Of a stretch of 64,000 bases of DNA, positions 1 through 14,300 are shown piece after piece; position 1 is the first letter of the stretch, and each line of letters opens with the position of its first letter. Position numbers and translations under genes: made by a program. Source of the DNA: a virus. The stretch covers positions 31,466 through 95,465 of the IMG/VR virus record IMGVR_UViG_3300032291_001492, one strand, 5' to 3'. The notes beneath the pieces were generated by a model, which was not told where the DNA came from, did no database searches, and was given only the letters and a program-made list of their open reading frames with translations.

Positions 1-2
1 TT

Positions 3-2309
3 AGAGCATATGTTCGTGCAGGCAACGCACTAACTTATGTAATTCAACCTACTGAAATGCAAGGCATTTCAATTTCATTTAGTTACATTAGTCGAGTTGG
101 TCGTCAAGAAACATTGACTGTTGGATTGTCATTAACAACTCCTGTTTCAAATGCTCAAGCACGTGAAACATTAGCTAATATTAAACAACGTGCTCCAACT
201 CGTTACTACACACAAAATCGTATGGTTAACGGGGAAGATTATAATAACTTTCCGTATACACTTTATAGTTCTATTATAAAGAGTAAAGCAATTAATAGAA
301 GTAGTGTTGGTGTATCACGTAATTTAGATTTGTTAGACCCAACAGGAAAATATTCAAGTACAAATACTTTTGCAGATGATGGCGCGGTATACTTAGACAC
401 AAATAATGGTTTTTCAATATTAACTATTAATAGTTCAGGTGATATCATTACCTTCTTATCTGACACACTAGCAGCCATACTTGCTGATAATCGTTCAATT
501 CAATATTATATACAAAACTATACTAGATATAATGTTAATCAAGCATCAGGTGATGGCACAGTTTCTTGGCAAACTAGTACAGTCAATGCAAGTAGTTTGA
601 CTGGATATTTTTATAACCTTACAAATAATGTTGATACTCCTATTCCAACAGGAACATATTCTACATACAATGCAAAATATATAACAAAAGGTGCATTGTT
701 AAAATTTATTGCACCTCCTGGTTTTTACTTTGATAGTAATAATCGTTTAGTTAGTGGAGTAGCAACACCAACAGATACTACTTTTATTTGGACAACTGTT
801 TTAAATGTTGTAGGAGATGGCTATAATAACGGATCAGGTCAATTTGCAAATGGAACAGGCCCAATTACATTAAATGGATTTGTGCCTACTGAAGCCGTGT
901 TATCAGTAATTATACCTGCATTTGACAATACGTTACCAAATTCAGTTATACAAGAATGTATCATAAAACTTGAATTGCAACAAAACTTTTCATTAGTGTT
1001 TAATAACTCACTAACGATTGCACAAGATCGTTGGAGTGTTGAAGCATATAACGCAACTGGTTATTTTGTTAATTTTGAAAGTACTGGGTACAACAGATAT
1101 ACAGTTACATATCGTTCATTAGCTTATTATTTTGGTAGTGTAGCTGATACTAGATTTACATTTGATTCAGGTAAATTAGTTTATGATCCATTCAGTGGTA
1201 AAATTTTACAAGACTTTGTAAAAGTATTAGCAACCAATACTCAACCTAGTTCTAATTATCCACTGACTGCACCAGTTTCTGCTAGTATTATAGGACAAAC
1301 GGTGCAGTCTGATGGTTATATTGATGACTTTGAAGTTGAAGTAGCAAGCATTGATGTTAATGATAGAACGGTTGTCGAGAATCCAGATTTTTTTAATCAG
1401 ATTACTGGGTATGTAACTGGTAATACCAATGTTGGAATTTATGCATTTTTTGAAGAAGTACAAGATGCTATTAATTTATCTCGCTTGCAATTAATACCTA
1501 CAGCAGATGTTGTGTATCAATATTCAACTACTAGTCAAATTGAAGTTGTAAAATATGAATACCCTGTAGGTCAGTTGTTTTATGCATCTTCAGAAAATGT
1601 ATTTTATATAACTGTGCAAGATGAAACTATTAATACTCCTTTTTATGTATTAGTATTGCAACCACAGTATAGTATGAAGCCAGGACGTCAAGGTTTACAA
1701 TTCCAATATCGTCACAATAGTAATAACACAACACGTATTGATCCTGCTACTACAAATATTATTGATTTGTATGTAGTAACACAAGCATACTATACTGCAT
1801 ATCAAAATTGGATTCAAGATAGTACAGATACTGTACCGTTACCAAGTAGACCTACTATCAATGAATTAAATCAAGAATACGGACAGATACAAGATTTTAA
1901 AATGTTAAGTGATAGTGTAGTTTTAAATAGCGTTGTGTTTAAACCATTGTTTGGCCCTAAAGCCGCAAGTGCATTAAGAGCAACTATTAAAGTGATTCAA
2001 AATAGTAATACAAATGCTAGTGTAAGTGAGATTCGTAGTGCAATATTGGCTTCAATGGATACTTACTTTGATATTAATAATTGGAATTTTGGTGACACAT
2101 TTTATTTTAGTGAATTAGCCGCATACTTACACGCACAAAACGGATCACTAGTCAGTTCAGTTGTTTTAGTACCCAATGATCCAACAATGCGTTTTGGAGA
2201 TTTATATGAAATTAAATGCCAACCATACGAAATATTTGTTAATGCCGCAACTGCTAATGATGTAGTAGTTATAGCCGCACTTACACCCGCCGAATTACAG
2301 ATAGCATAA
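3..2309 (+). CDS. Baseplate wedge subunit (T4 gp6-like), 5'-truncated by the window edge
   Basis: Frame is open from position 3 (track start 57 is an internal Met). 'ETLANIKQRAPTRYYTQNRMVNGEDY' resembles the gp6 'E...IK..AP..Y..QNR.V...DY' motif. C-terminal 'FGDTFYFSEL..YLH' is baseplate-like. Confidence 0.75.
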   Translation, partial: RAYVRAGNALTYVIQPTEMQGISISFSYISRVGRQETLTVGLSLTTPVSNAQARETLANIKQRAPTRYYTQNRMVNGEDYNNFPYTLYSSIIKSKAINRSSVGVSRNLDLLDPTGKYSSTNTFADDGAVYLDTNNGFSILTINSSGDIITFLSDTLAAILADNRSIQYYIQNYTRYNVNQASGDGTVSWQTSTVNASSLTGYFYNLTNNVDTPIPTGTYSTYNAKYITKGALLKFIAPPGFYFDSNNRLVSGVATPTDTTFIWTTVLNVVGDGYNNGSGQFANGTGPITLNGFVPTEAVLSVIIPAFDNTLPNSVIQECIIKLELQQNFSLVFNNSLTIAQDRWSVEAYNATGYFVNFESTGYNRYTVTYRSLAYYFGSVADTRFTFDSGKLVYDPFSGKILQDFVKVLATNTQPSSNYPLTAPVSASIIGQTVQSDGYIDDFEVEVASIDVNDRTVVENPDFFNQITGYVTGNTNVGIYAFFEEVQDAINLSRLQLIPTADVVYQYSTTSQIEVVKYEYPVGQLFYASSENVFYITVQDETINTPFYVLVLQPQYSMKPGRQGLQFQYRHNSNNTTRIDPATTNIIDLYVVTQAYYTAYQNWIQDSTDTVPLPSRPTINELNQEYGQIQDFKMLSDSVVLNSVVFKPLFGPKAASALRATIKVIQNSNTNASVSEIRSAILASMDTYFDINNWNFGDTFYFSELAAYLHAQNGSLVSSVVLVPNDPTMRFGDLYEIKCQPYEIFVNAATANDVVVIAALTPAELQIA

Positions 2310-2338
2310 GTAATATATAACAATAGAGATTTTAAAAG

Positions 2339-5300
2339 ATGGCAACAAGAATTAGAACGCTAAATTTTCTTCCAGAAATATTTAAAACACAAACCAATGC
2401 ACAGTTCCTAGCGGCAACACTAGATCAACTTGTAGCACAACCTAACACAAAAAAGATACAAGGTTATGTGGGTAGTAGATTTGGTTATGGAGTAAATGCG
2501 ACTGATTACTATGTTACTGAACCTACTAAAGTTAGAACAGATTATCAATTAGACCCCGGTGTCGTATTCTTAAAAGAAAATGATACTACTGCAAATGACT
2601 TTATTAGTTATCCTGGTATTGTTGATGGCATAAAACTTGAAGGTGGATTAACTCAGGATAATAATAGACTATTCAACAGTCAATTTTATTCTTGGGACTC
2701 ATTCACTAATCTAGATAAAATAATTAACTTTAATGAATATTACTGGTTACCAGATGGACCTGACCGTGTAATAATTTCTACGGATGTAGTGTTTAATTCG
2801 TCTAATTATCTAGTTCAAAGTTTATCAAATGAATATTTAATTTCTTCTGAGTCTCAATCTGCAACAAGCAATCCTACGCTTACTTTATTGAGAGGCGGAT
2901 CATATACTTTTAGTGTAAATCAAAATACACAATTTTGGATACAAGGTGAACCCGGTGTTACTGGATATAGCCCAACACAGCCCAACGTGCAAACACGTGA
3001 CGTATTTGGAGTTACCAATAATGGTGCTGAGAATGGGGTTATTACATTTGAAGTTCCTGCACAGAATGCATTAAACGAATATAATTTTCCTCCTGGTCCT
3101 GCCGTAGGAGTTGTATCTTCATTACCGTTTAGTCAAATCAATGGTGCAAGAGTAACTGAAATAGGCGGAATTGATGGCGTTACAGCATTGGATGGTTTGA
3201 CTGTGATGTTTTATAATACCGGCATAGCTGATGAAATAGGTTATATTCAAAAATTTTACGATCAAACTTTATTTGATGAAGACGGTGGTGTTCCTTACAA
3301 TGAAGCAACTGATTATCCCGGAACATCTGAATTTTATAATAATTATGAAGGTGGTTTTTACAGCCCAGTAAATTCTAATTTTTACACAATTACTTTGTTA
3401 GGAGACCAATCTAATCCTATCATTCAACTTACCCCGGCAGGAATTATTCCTACTAATCAAACAATCACACCTACATTTGGTTCCGAGTGGGTAAACAGAA
3501 ATTTTTATAGAAGTGTAGATGGTGCAATTGCTTTAGTTCCATATAACAGTGCAATACTAGACACACTATATTATCAAGACGGTACTAATCCAAATAAAGT
3601 TGGTATTATTAGATTAGCTAATAGCAATGTTTCTAATTCATTAGATGTTGTTACTGAGATTTTAGGAAAGCCACAATATACTGCACCCAATGGAGTAGTA
3701 TTTACAAATGGATTAAAAATTTTATTCCAGGGTAATGTTACTCCTGAAATTTATAATAACACTGAATTCTATGTTGAAGGTGTAGGTACCGCAATTGAAT
3801 TAATACCAGTTGCAGATTTAGTTAGCCCCGGTGCATTTGCTGAAGGTTCTTATATTCCATTCGACACTACGCCATATGATGTGGGTAATTTTGATTCAAG
3901 TTTATATCTTTTAATAGATCCGGATTATATTACTATTGCAAGAAATGCAATTAATAGAAATGCATGGTCACGTAGTAATAGATGGTTTCACATTGATGTT
4001 ATAAATGCAACCGCAGATTATAATAATAATCCCGAATTAGCCTCAGTTGCTACAATTTATAATAAAGCATCTCGTCCTATTATAGAATTTTATCCAAATC
4101 TTAGTTTATTCGATTCTGGTGTGATAGGTAAACAACCTATCGATTTTATAGATTTTAGAACTACTGATGCATTTACATTGGTTGCAGGTCAACCTACATA
4201 TTATCCTGATGTTGCAGGATATACAGGCTATTCTGCAACAATTGCACCAGTCTTAGCAGCCGTTACAAGTAAAACAGCAACTCAAACAGTTGGTTTGGTA
4301 AATCAAGTTATATTAAGTCCTGACACAGCAGGTATATACGTTAATGACACTATTGTGTTTGGTTTAGTAACTGCCGGAGGATTTGTTCCCGGCACTACGT
4401 ACAAAATCGTAACTCCGGGAAACACTGATTTCACTGCAATAGGTGCATCTTCTAACGCGGTAGGTACTGTGTTTGTTGCAACAGGGGCAGGCTCAGGAAC
4501 AGGTACTGCCGGAGATGTCGATTCAGAATTTGGTGGATTAATTGCCGGAGTAACTTATTATATTACTGAAATTTTTGGCAACAGAATAACAATCTCAACT
4601 GAAAAACAAGGTACAAGTGTTATCTTGTCATCTGTAGCGGGTTCTATGAGTACGTCAATATATCCTTACAGTACAACTATCACGGTTGCAACGGATGAGG
4701 TATTTGGATTATTTGAGGTTAACCAATATATTGCAGACTCAACAGGCATTCTTCCTGCAGTAACATTTATTAATGCAATAACAGAAGTCGGGTCTAATAC
4801 AATCTTAACAGTTTCTTGGTATAACCAAGAAGTTATCACCGGAACTTCAGTTGCATCTATTGTATCTGCTGATACTACTTTATCAAACTATGCTTTATTT
4901 GATGGGGCTAGAGTAGTTTTTGCTGCCGATACTAATTTAAGTGTTAGAAACAAAATATATATTTCTCGTTTTTCTTCTATTGATGGTACAGGAACTCCTG
5001 TAATTACACTATCTGAAGCCTTTGATGGTCAAGTATTACCGGATGAGCAGACTTCGGTTTATAGAGGATATAATTATAAAGGTAAAGATTTTTACTTTAA
5101 TGTTGAAAATTGGCAACAAGCACAACAAAAAATTACAATTAATCAGGCCCCTAAATTTGACATATATGATGAAAATGGTATAAGTTTTGGTGATAGCACA
5201 GTTTATATTGGTACGTCATTCACTGGTTGTTCACTATTTCAATATGGCTTGGGAACAGGTATAAGTGATCCTGTTTTGGGTTTCCCATTACGTTATAGTA

Positions 5301-8300
5301 CAGTAAATAATATAGGTGATGTTAGTTTTGATGTTACACTAGATTCACAAACATTTAATTATGTTCAAGGAACAAATCCAATTACACAAAAAGTGAATAC
5401 TGGATATGTATACAACTATACATCACGTACTAGCTTTGTAAGACAATTGGGTTGGCAAACAGCAGTATCACCTAGTGTACAATATCAAATTTTTGAATTT
5501 AATTGGTCAATCGATAATCCAATAACTAACTTTGTATGTGATATAGCTCCGGTATCTTCTAGTTCAACTAATTGGCCAACTGTACAAGTTTATATAAATA
5601 ATACCTATTTACCAGATACTGATTTTACAGTTTCAACAACTGATAATACAACCACAGTTACTATATCTCAGATTGACGCTGTTAATACTGTAGTTCAGGT
5701 ATTGATATTAAGTGATCAAGTAAGTTCTACTGCATATTATCAAATACCAATTAACTTAAGCAATAATCCTTTCAATGAAGATGTAACAACAGTTAATATT
5801 GGTGATATTCGCGGACAGTATCAAAGTATGTTCTTTAATAATCCAAATACTTTGGGACCAGTATTTGGACGTAACAACTTCCGTGATTTAGGAAATCTTG
5901 TTCCTTGGGGAAATAGAATTATTCAAAACAGTGCTTCACTTGTGTTGCCTGGAACATTCTTGCGTAAACAAAATCATAATTTGTTTAATTCTATTTTATA
6001 CAACAGTAGACAATACATTACGTTTAAAAATTTATTAATTGATACCGTAAACAATACAGATTATAATCGTATGTTGTCTCCGGCAGAAATGTTAGATGAT
6101 GCAATGGATCAAATAACATCTACAAAAACAGACAGTCAACCATTCTTCTGGAGTGATATGTTGCCTTCTAAGGCACCTTATATTTCTAATACGTATTCTT
6201 TTGCAAACACACTGGATGTTAGTATATATCCTTTAAGCAGAATTTATGATTTTGACAAAGCAAATTATTATGGTGTATTGGTTTATCTAATTAGAGACAG
6301 TATCACCTCACAATTAATTTCTGGAGTGGATTATACTGTAAGCACCAGTGCTCCTTCATTAACAGTTACATTAGATTTATTATCTAACGATCAAATTGTT
6401 ATTAATGAATATAATCAAACATATGGTAGCTATGTACCTAACACGCCTACTAAATTAGGTCTTTACCCTTCGACTATTCCAGCAGTTGTTGTCGATACTG
6501 CATATTTTGAACCTACATATTTTATAGTAGGACATGATGGGTCATATAATAAATTGTTTGGATCATATGATAGTACTACAGGACAATTAGAAGATTTCAG
6601 AGATCAAGTATTACTTGAGTATGAGACACGTATATATAATAACTTAAAACTAAGCAACGTTATTCCAATTCAAACATATGAAGTAATCCCGGGTTTCTTT
6701 AGAGACCTTCAATATTCATATGATGAATTCTTAGAAGTTTATTCTGAATCTTTCTTGGATTGGGTTGGACAAAACAGAGTTGACTATAAAAGACAATTTT
6801 ATAATCCAGTAAATGAATTTTCATATAATTATCGTAACAGCGGAAACAAAATAAACCGAGAAGCAATACAACAGGGATATTTTAGAGGATTGTATTTGTA
6901 TTATTATGATACAACTACTCCTAATGTAACACCTTGGCAAATGATAGGTTATGCAGATCAGCCAACATGGTGGACTGAGCGTTATGGTCCTGCTCCATAT
7001 ACAAGTGATAACTTAATTTTATGGAACGATTTAGCAGAAGGTATAGATTGGAACAATGGTAATCCTGTAGTCATAACAGAATATATTCGTCCTGAGTTAT
7101 TGCAAGTGTTACCAGTAGACAGTAACGGTGATTTAGTGTCACCTCTTACATCTATTGTTGGAAACTATAATAACAATATTTTCAAGCGTGATTGGAAAGT
7201 TGGCGATGTTGGGCCTACAGAATTTAGTTATCGTAGAAGCAGTACATGGCCATTTGATTTGATGCGTCTTTATGCATTAGCAAAGCCAGCTAATTTCTTT
7301 AACTTAGCAGTGGATGTTGACAATTACAAGTACAGTGCTGAGTTTGACCAATATTTGGTTAACAATAGAAGTCATTTACAATTAGGTGATATACCTATAT
7401 ATGGTTTAGGAACTCCTGCAACTAGCTATATTAACTGGATAGTTGATTTTGAAAAACAAGTTGGCATTGATGCAACAACTGATATCACTACTTTATTAAA
7501 GAATTTAGATGTACGTTTGGTATATCGTGTAGCAGGGTTTTCAGATAAGAATTTGTTAAAGTTTTATGTTGAAAAAAGTTCAGCAAACACAACTAATAGT
7601 TCATTATTAATACCTGATGAAAGTTATTCTGTATTATTATACGATAATCAACCATTTGATAGAATTGTATATTCTGGTGTAGTTATCCAAATAACAGAAA
7701 ATGGTTATCAAGTATATGGAAATTCTCAAACTAACGCATACTTTAAAATTTTATTGCCAAAAAATTCAGGATACAGTGAAACTATTGAAGTTGAAAATTT
7801 GTCAGTTAGGATAGCTGATCAATATACAGATAAAGTTGGTATTATTCCTTATGGTACAGAATTTTATAGCGTTCAGGAAGTTGCACAGTTTCTAAGTTCT
7901 TATGGAAAATACCTTGAAAACCAGGGTATGAAATTTGACCAGATAGAAAATGGTATTCCTGTTAATTGGGCTCAAATGATTGCTGAGTTTTTATATTGGT
8001 CGCAAATCGGTTGGGAAATTGGTAGTATAACTACAATAAATCCTTCTGCCTCTACATTAGTAATTGACAAAGACAGTAGCGTTGTACAACCATTAACAGT
8101 AAGACAACGTAACTTTGTACTAAATCAAAACTTATTTCCAATACAATCAATTGATTTAAATGTTGTTCGTCAAGATACTGCATTTACAGCACAACCATTG
8201 AATCAAGGTGATGCGATCAGTTATGGTCAATTTAATATTAGTAACTTTGAACACGGTATCGTTTTTGACAACGTTACATTATTCAACGACATAATTTATA

Positions 8301-11300
8301 ATTTAATTACTGGTTTACGTCAATATCGTGTATCAGTCCGCGGAGCTATAACAGCAGACTGGAATGGTACAGTTGATGCGGCAGGCTTCATTTTAAATCA
8401 AGACAACATCCAAGAATGGAATAGAGAAATTAAATATACCAAGGGTGAAATTGTTCTTTATAAAAATAGGTATTGGACATCTTTAACTATTGTACAACCT
8501 AAAGTATTATTTGACGAACGTGATTGGAAAGAAACAAACTATAACGAAATTCAAAAAGGATTATTGCCTAACAGTCAAACTCGTTCTTTTGAAAGTACAT
8601 TATACTATAACACTGATTCTGCAAACTTAGAAAATGATGCAGATTTATTAAGTTTTAGTTTGATTGGATATCGTCCAAGAGATTACTTAGCACTTGCTGA
8701 TTTAACAGATATCACGCAAGTAAACGTGTACAAAAACATGATTAAAGAAAAAGGTACATTGAATGCAGCCAGTGCGTTCAAGGGTGCTAATTTACCACAA
8801 GGTGGAATTAATTATGACATTTATGAAAACTGGGCTATTAAATCAGGTGAGTTTGGTGGCGTATTAAACAACAACTTTATTGAATTTAACTTAAATCAAG
8901 CGTCATTGACAGGTAATCCAAGTATTGTTGGTTTAACTAATGGAATATTTACTGATGGAGTACAACAAGAAGTACCGTTGTATTCTATATTCAATTATGG
9001 TAGACCAATAACTAGCCCTAATATATTACCTACTATTTCAGCCTCTGAGCCTTCTTCATTATTCCCTACAGCAGGCTATGTCAATTACAATGACGTTAAA
9101 ATGTCAAGTTATTATTATTCTGGTTTAGCTACTGCAACTAATGCTAGTGGAACAATAGTACCTATCAATGAATTTTATGTACGTGATTATGTTTGGTTAG
9201 CAAATTATCTATCTGACTGGAGAGTGTATACACCAGTCAGTTTAGGTTCAATCATTAATGCCAAGAATAATTTGAATGGTACCGTGACTATTACATTTAG
9301 CCAGGCTCATAATTTAACAAGATTTGAGTTATTTGGTATAACAAACTTTGATGTAGCAATTAATAACTATTATCTAGTGGCAGCAGTTGTTGATCCGGTT
9401 AGAGTCATTATTAATCTTTCATTGAGTCCTAGCACACTTAATATTGTGGGTCAAGGTATTGGTTTAAGAATGCAAAGTCAACGTGTAGCAACTGCACCTG
9501 AAATTGTTGATTTACCATTATTAAATAATGAATTCACTAAATCAAAAGTTTGGGTTGATGAAAACAATGACGGCAGCTGGGCAGTATATCGTAAGAGTTT
9601 GAACTATCAGTATGATGCAGAAATCATTAGGGCTTCAAGCCAAACATTTGGTAGCGCAGTTGCATACACTACTCCTATGGGATACTTGATTGGTGATGCA
9701 GATGTTGGAGCAGTATACCGCTATACTTTTAATGCAGAAGCAAATACCTACACACTAGACCAAGCTATTACAAATAGCACTTCATTTGGTTCATATATAT
9801 CTTATGCTGATGATTTATTTGTAATTTCAGAACCAACAAGTGGTTCACCTAAAGTATATGTATATCAATTGATAACCACTACTCTAGTAGACAATCTGAA
9901 TTCTTATCAAACTATTTCTGCACCAGGCGGAGTAACTGACTGGGGTAGCACGACTGCTATTTCAGGTGATCAAAATTGGTTATACATCTCAGATACAGGT
10001 AATGCTAGAGTTTATGTATATCGCAAATCAACTCTTACCAACTTGTATGAAAGTGTAGGATATATTTCAGTAGCAGGTTTAACTTCTGCTGACAATTTTG
10101 GATTTTCGATTGCAACAGACTACTATGGTGATACTGTAGTAATTGGCGCGCCCGATCAAGACTATAATGTAAACACTGATAACTACGGATATGTGTACGT
10201 GTTTGCAAGAACAGTACAGAATTTTATAGCACCTTCTACCAGCCAATCATACATCCCGCAAACATTTGCATTGTCTTGGTCACCCGTCACAGTTACACAA
10301 ACTGCAACTGCTACAGATAGTACCAACGATAGAATCACGATAACAAGTTCTGCTGGTTTTAGTGTTAATGATCCTGTAGTATTCTCTGGTGATATTTTAT
10401 CTTCTGGTGCAATTTCTCAAAATACTGTGTATTATGTTTATGATAAACCAACAGCTACTACATTTAGAATTGCATCAACACGTAATGCAGCCGCACCAAT
10501 TGAATTAACTACAGCTTCAGGCCCACCAAACATGACTGTTACTGTACAAACAACACCGTTGTTTGTTAACATTAACGGAACATTGCTTGAAGATGATTCT
10601 TATGCAGTTATAGGGTCTACGTTATATGTTTACAGTGGATTAACCCCAACATTAAATGCAGGTGATATTCTTTCTGTTAGTGGATCAAATTTTGTATTGA
10701 CACAAACATTAGACAACGGTCAGACACCACGTGTGGGTGTGCAGTTTGGACAAAGCGTAGATACAAATACATACGCTAATGAAATTTTAGTAGGTGCACC
10801 GTTTGAATTAAGTGCTGACAATTATGAAGGTGCTGTACATAGATTTACTAATGGTGGTGAAAAATATGGTTTTATTATTGGTACTGCTAATTGTAATATC
10901 ACAACACCAAGAACAATTTTAATAAACGGATATCAAGTTATTTTACCAATAGGTAATGCAACAAATGCTTCAAACTTTATTAATGCAGCTAACATTCCCA
11001 ATGTAAGTGCTACTTCTATTGACGGTAAATTAGTCATTCAATTAGTTGACATTGCTATAGGATTTGCAGGTTCAAAACTTTCATTGACTGTGTTGAATTC
11101 AGCAACTCCTGCTGAAATGGGAATTAATATCTATACAGCAACACAAACTATTGCTTGCCCACACTTAACTGGACCTACACAATTTGGAAGTGTAATTAAA
11201 TTTAATGAGTTTGGTTCATTTATAGCTAGCGCCCCTACAGGAACTCGCTACTCAGCTACAACATTTGATTTTACAGATGATGAATTAGATAATGACACTG

Positions 11301-14300
11301 TATTTGATAACAATGCTACACAATGGATTGACACATTTACCAATGCTGGTGCAGTATATATGTTTGATTATATTTCTGCATATAATGAAAGTTTAAATAA
11401 TCCAGGTAAATTTGTATATGCTCAAAGTACAAATGCAGAAAATATTGATTACGGTTCGCAACCTTATTATGGTCAGGCATTAGATTTTAATGATAATAGA
11501 GTTACAGTAGGAACTCCTAATTTTAGACCAGGATATGATAATGGTCAAGTAGTAGCATATACTAGTACTAGTACCGAACAAGACTGGGCAGTCTATAGAA
11601 GTTCTGCACCTATCGTTGATATAAATGGTATTGCAAACATTCAGTTATTCAGCGGATCATCTAATACAACATTAGACAACTTAGATTACTTTGATCCATT
11701 ACAAGGAAAATTATTAGGGGCAATTAGAGAAAATATTGATGTTATTTCTAATTCAGATCCTGCGGCATATAACTCTCCTAATAGCATACAGCGTGGTTTA
11801 GTATGGGGAGCAGACAAAGTAGGTCAATTATGGTTTGATACATCAAACACAAGATTTGTTAATTATCATCAAAATGATATTGTTTATAACAGCGCATATT
11901 GGGGTAGAATTTTCTCAGGCAGTGACGTTGCGGTATATTCGTGGGTAGTAAGTAATGTTAGTCCACTCGACTATATTGGCCCAGGCATTCCGTATGATAT
12001 TGATACCTATACTGTTAACGGAGTAATCAATGCAGAAGGCACTATTGTTCCATTATATTATTTCTGGGTAAGAAATACAAATATTGTATTTGAAAAGACT
12101 GGAAAAACATTAGCTGATTCTACATTAGAGGCATACATATCTCAACCTCAAAACACCGGTATAAGTTATTTTGCACCATTACAACCTAACATTTTTGCTT
12201 TATACAATTCAGGTGATTATTTAAATGGTAATGATACTGTATTGCATATTGGTTATGCAACAGGAACTAACGATGATCCTATACACAATCAATATGAATT
12301 GATTCGTGCTGATTATGCAGATGATTTCTTGTCAGGTGTTCCGGGATCAGGTGCTGGATATCAAACACGTTCATCAACGGGTATAACAGAACCAATCTCA
12401 TTGTATAATAGAATGTTAGATAGTATGTGCGGCGTAGATAATGCCGGTGCAGTAGTACCTAACCCATTCTTACCAAGAGCAGTTCAAACCGGTGTTCTTG
12501 CAAGACCGAGACAAAGTTTCTTCTATGATAGATATGATGCATTAAAGAATTATTTACAATATGCCAATGAAGTATTAGCACAATTTCCTATAACAGAAAT
12601 AAGAAATCCTTCATTCTTAAATACTACTGGTGCTACGAACCCATCAACAGTAGACAATCCTGATTGGACAGGAAGTGTATTACCATTCTATGATACAACT
12701 AACTATTGGAGTTATATAAATTGGTGGGCGCCTGGTTATGATAATAATACAAAGTCTGCATTACAAGTTCCGATTTATGCTGATTTATCAACACTAACTG
12801 TTACACCTGGAACAATTGTTACTGTAGCAACAAATGGCAATGGAAATTCAGAAACATATATCTATAATGTAGATGGTTCTTGGACCCGAATTGGATTAAC
12901 AAACGGTACAATTGAATTTAGTAGTGCATTATGGGATTACTCTACTTATAGACTAGGATTTGGTGACAATTTCTTTGATACTACACCGTATGATAACTAC
13001 CCGTCAGAAGAAACTAGATATATTATTCGTTCTTTAAATGAAGAAATTTACAACAACGAATTGTTAATTTTCAGAAATAAAAGTTTAATTTTATTATTTG
13101 AATACATCCAGAGTGAAACATCTGAGAATCAAAATTATTTGCCTTGGTTAAATAAAACATCATTCTTAGATGTATCACACACTATCCGTGAACTACGTCC
13201 AATTGAAGTATTCCAATCAGACAACGAGTTATTCTTGGAAGGTTACATGAATGAAGTTAAACCATATCATGTAGTTATTAAAGAATTCTTATTCAAATAT
13301 ACCGGCACTGATGTATACGAAGGTGACATCACTGATTTTGATTTACCTGCACAGTACAACAGTTCAGTGCAACAGTTTATAACACCGGAATTAGTTTATT
13401 CTAATCCAAACGGTGATAATCAGTATTTACCAAATGATCCTATATGGCAAACTGCCCCTTACATTCAATGGTTTAATAATCACGGAGTAAGTATTGTTGG
13501 TGAAAATGATTATCCTATATCAGTTTTAACATCATACATTGCGACAAATTCAAACTCATGTTATGTTGACAACGTAACCGGATTCCCTGTTACTGGAACA
13601 ATTTTAATTGGCACTGAGTTGATTGGATATTCTAGTGTAAATCTATTAACTAACCAATTATTAGGATTAGCAAGAGGACTACAAAATACTGTAATACAAC
13701 AACACATTCCGGGAGAAACAATCTTTATTGATTTGCCTGCTGTATTAGTGTTGAATGCAGGTAGATTGTATGACAATCCTCCTAAAATTACTGCAATAAC
13801 TGATACTACTATATATCCTGAACCAACAGTACCCGCACAGTTTGAAGCTGTAATGGGCTTAGGTACTGTCATTGGTATAAATGTTATAAATCCTGGACAA
13901 GGATACGCAGTACTTCCTAAAATTGAAATTGATCCTGCTGTTGTTGTTGAAGTTAATAGTACTCAAGTAAATATTTCAAACAATACAATAGAACTTACTA
14001 TACCTACATTACAAACAGGAGATTTGATTGTATATCAGCCTGGTACAAACAGTACTGTAATAGGTGGATTAACTTCAGGACAAAAATATTATGTTAACTT
14101 GTTGGAAGTTTCTCCGGCTCCAATTATAGCACTTTACGCTAGTTATATTGATGCTGATAGAGATCATAACCGTGTAGTTTTAACTAGCACTGGTTCAGGA
14201 GTTCAAAAATTAAACTTAGGTGCAGTTGCGTCTTGTATAACTAGCTCTGTACCAGTGAGAGAAAATAGTATTAATCTACGATTTGACAGAACTTCATATA